A stretch of DNA of 64,000 nucleotides, from the NCBI GenBank assembly GCA_951406725.2, contig OX597817.1, positions 59,582,001 through 59,646,000 on the forward strand, read 5' to 3'. Below the pieces are notes generated by a model. It was not told the origin of the DNA, did not search any database, and saw only the letters and a program-made list of their open reading frames with translations. Shown in pieces: positions 62,889-64,000 of this stretch. The stretch's first letter is position 1; every line of letters starts with the position of its first letter. Made by a program: the position numbers and the translations under genes. Source of the stretch: Octopus vulgaris. Taxonomy: Eukaryota.

Positions 62889-64000
62889 CAACACTTAGTC
62901 ATTATTGTTATTATTAATTATTAGTATTATTATTATTATTATTATTATTATTTTTATTACTATTATTAATTATCATTATTATTATTAGTGTGGCGGATTG
63001 GCAGAAATGTTAGAATGTTGGATAAAATACCTTGTGGTGTTTAGCTACGGCCCTTCACATTCTCAGTTCAAACCCCACTGCAATCAACTTTGCCTTTCAT
63101 TGTTCTGGGTCAATGAAATAAGTTACCGATCAAGTACTGGGGCAATGAAGAAATAAATCATTAGTCAATTCTAGGGGCCAATGTAACTGACTGGCCCCTC
63201 CCCACAAAACTGCACTCATGTGTCTGTAGGCAGAATGTTTAGAGTTGAACCAAATACTTTGTACGATTTCTTTCAGTTCTTTACGTTGTGAGTTCAAATC
63301 CAGCCAAGATCAACTTTGCCTTTCATCCCACCTAGAGTCAATGATATAAAAATAACAGTCAATTACTGGGGTTGATTCAGTCATCCAAACCCTTCCCCCA
63401 CCTCTCCAATCTTGGGGCTTGTACCTATATTAACAATAGTTGTTATGGTTATTGCTTGCTCTGTTCTGCAGAGAAATGGCAGGACTGATAAAGCACCATA
63501 CTAGTTGTGGCAGCAGTTTTTAGTGTGACCAGGGCCTCCATTTGGCAAGGTGGAGCCAAACTAGTTTTGGATCATGGGATGAGAGCAGGCGTGGCTGTGT
63601 GGTGAAGGAACTCGCTTCCCGACCACATTGGTTTTGGGTTCAGTCTCACTGTGTGGCACCTTGGGCTGGTGTCGTCTAATAAAGCCTCTTGCCAATCAAA
63701 GCCTTGTGAGTGGATTTGGTTGGCAGAAACTGAAAGAAGCCCATTGTGTATTTGTAGTCTTATTTAGACATCATGTGATGTTCGTAACTGATCATCATCA
63801 TCATTCAAGTGAAGTTGCTCATTTCCAGTCTTTGAATAAATGTCTGACAATTACTTTGCTTGGAAAGAGGTCAACGTTGGCAACAGGAAAGGTACCCGGC
63901 GGTAGAGAAACTGCCTCATCAAATGGCCTCTAAGCCATGTCAGCATGGAAAGGGGACAGTAAATGATGCTGGTGATTGACATTTGTTTATTTTAGGGAGG

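Overview
AT-rich eukaryotic genomic DNA dense in microsatellites, SINEs, RTE-clade LINE pieces and fold-back elements. The repeat landscape suggests an octopus (coleoid cephalopod), which is an inference. One + strand gene dominates the window: an ortholog of the chromatin reader ZMYND8 (PRKCBP1/RACK7) with PHD, bromodomain, zinc-finger linker, PWWP, a long S/T-rich region, coiled coil, MYND and a Q/T/P-rich tail. I reconstructed 22 GT-AG exons from 14769 to the stop at 62886-62888 with consistent phases, about 1350 aa, plus a candidate 14-nt first coding exon at 8490-8503. Almost all ORF-track entries are spurious. Most notable features: a hammerhead-ribozyme-like fold inside a Penelope-like inverted repeat, a Helentron-type element carrying an inverted copy of its own 3' end plus flank, a ~130-bp duplication around an RTE tail, a ~550-bp (ATT)n-associated element, a candidate poison microexon, and an AG|GTAAGA recursive-splice-like junction at the last exon. 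I found no clearly new protein-coding system. All alignments and family assignments were made by eye or from memory, not by search.
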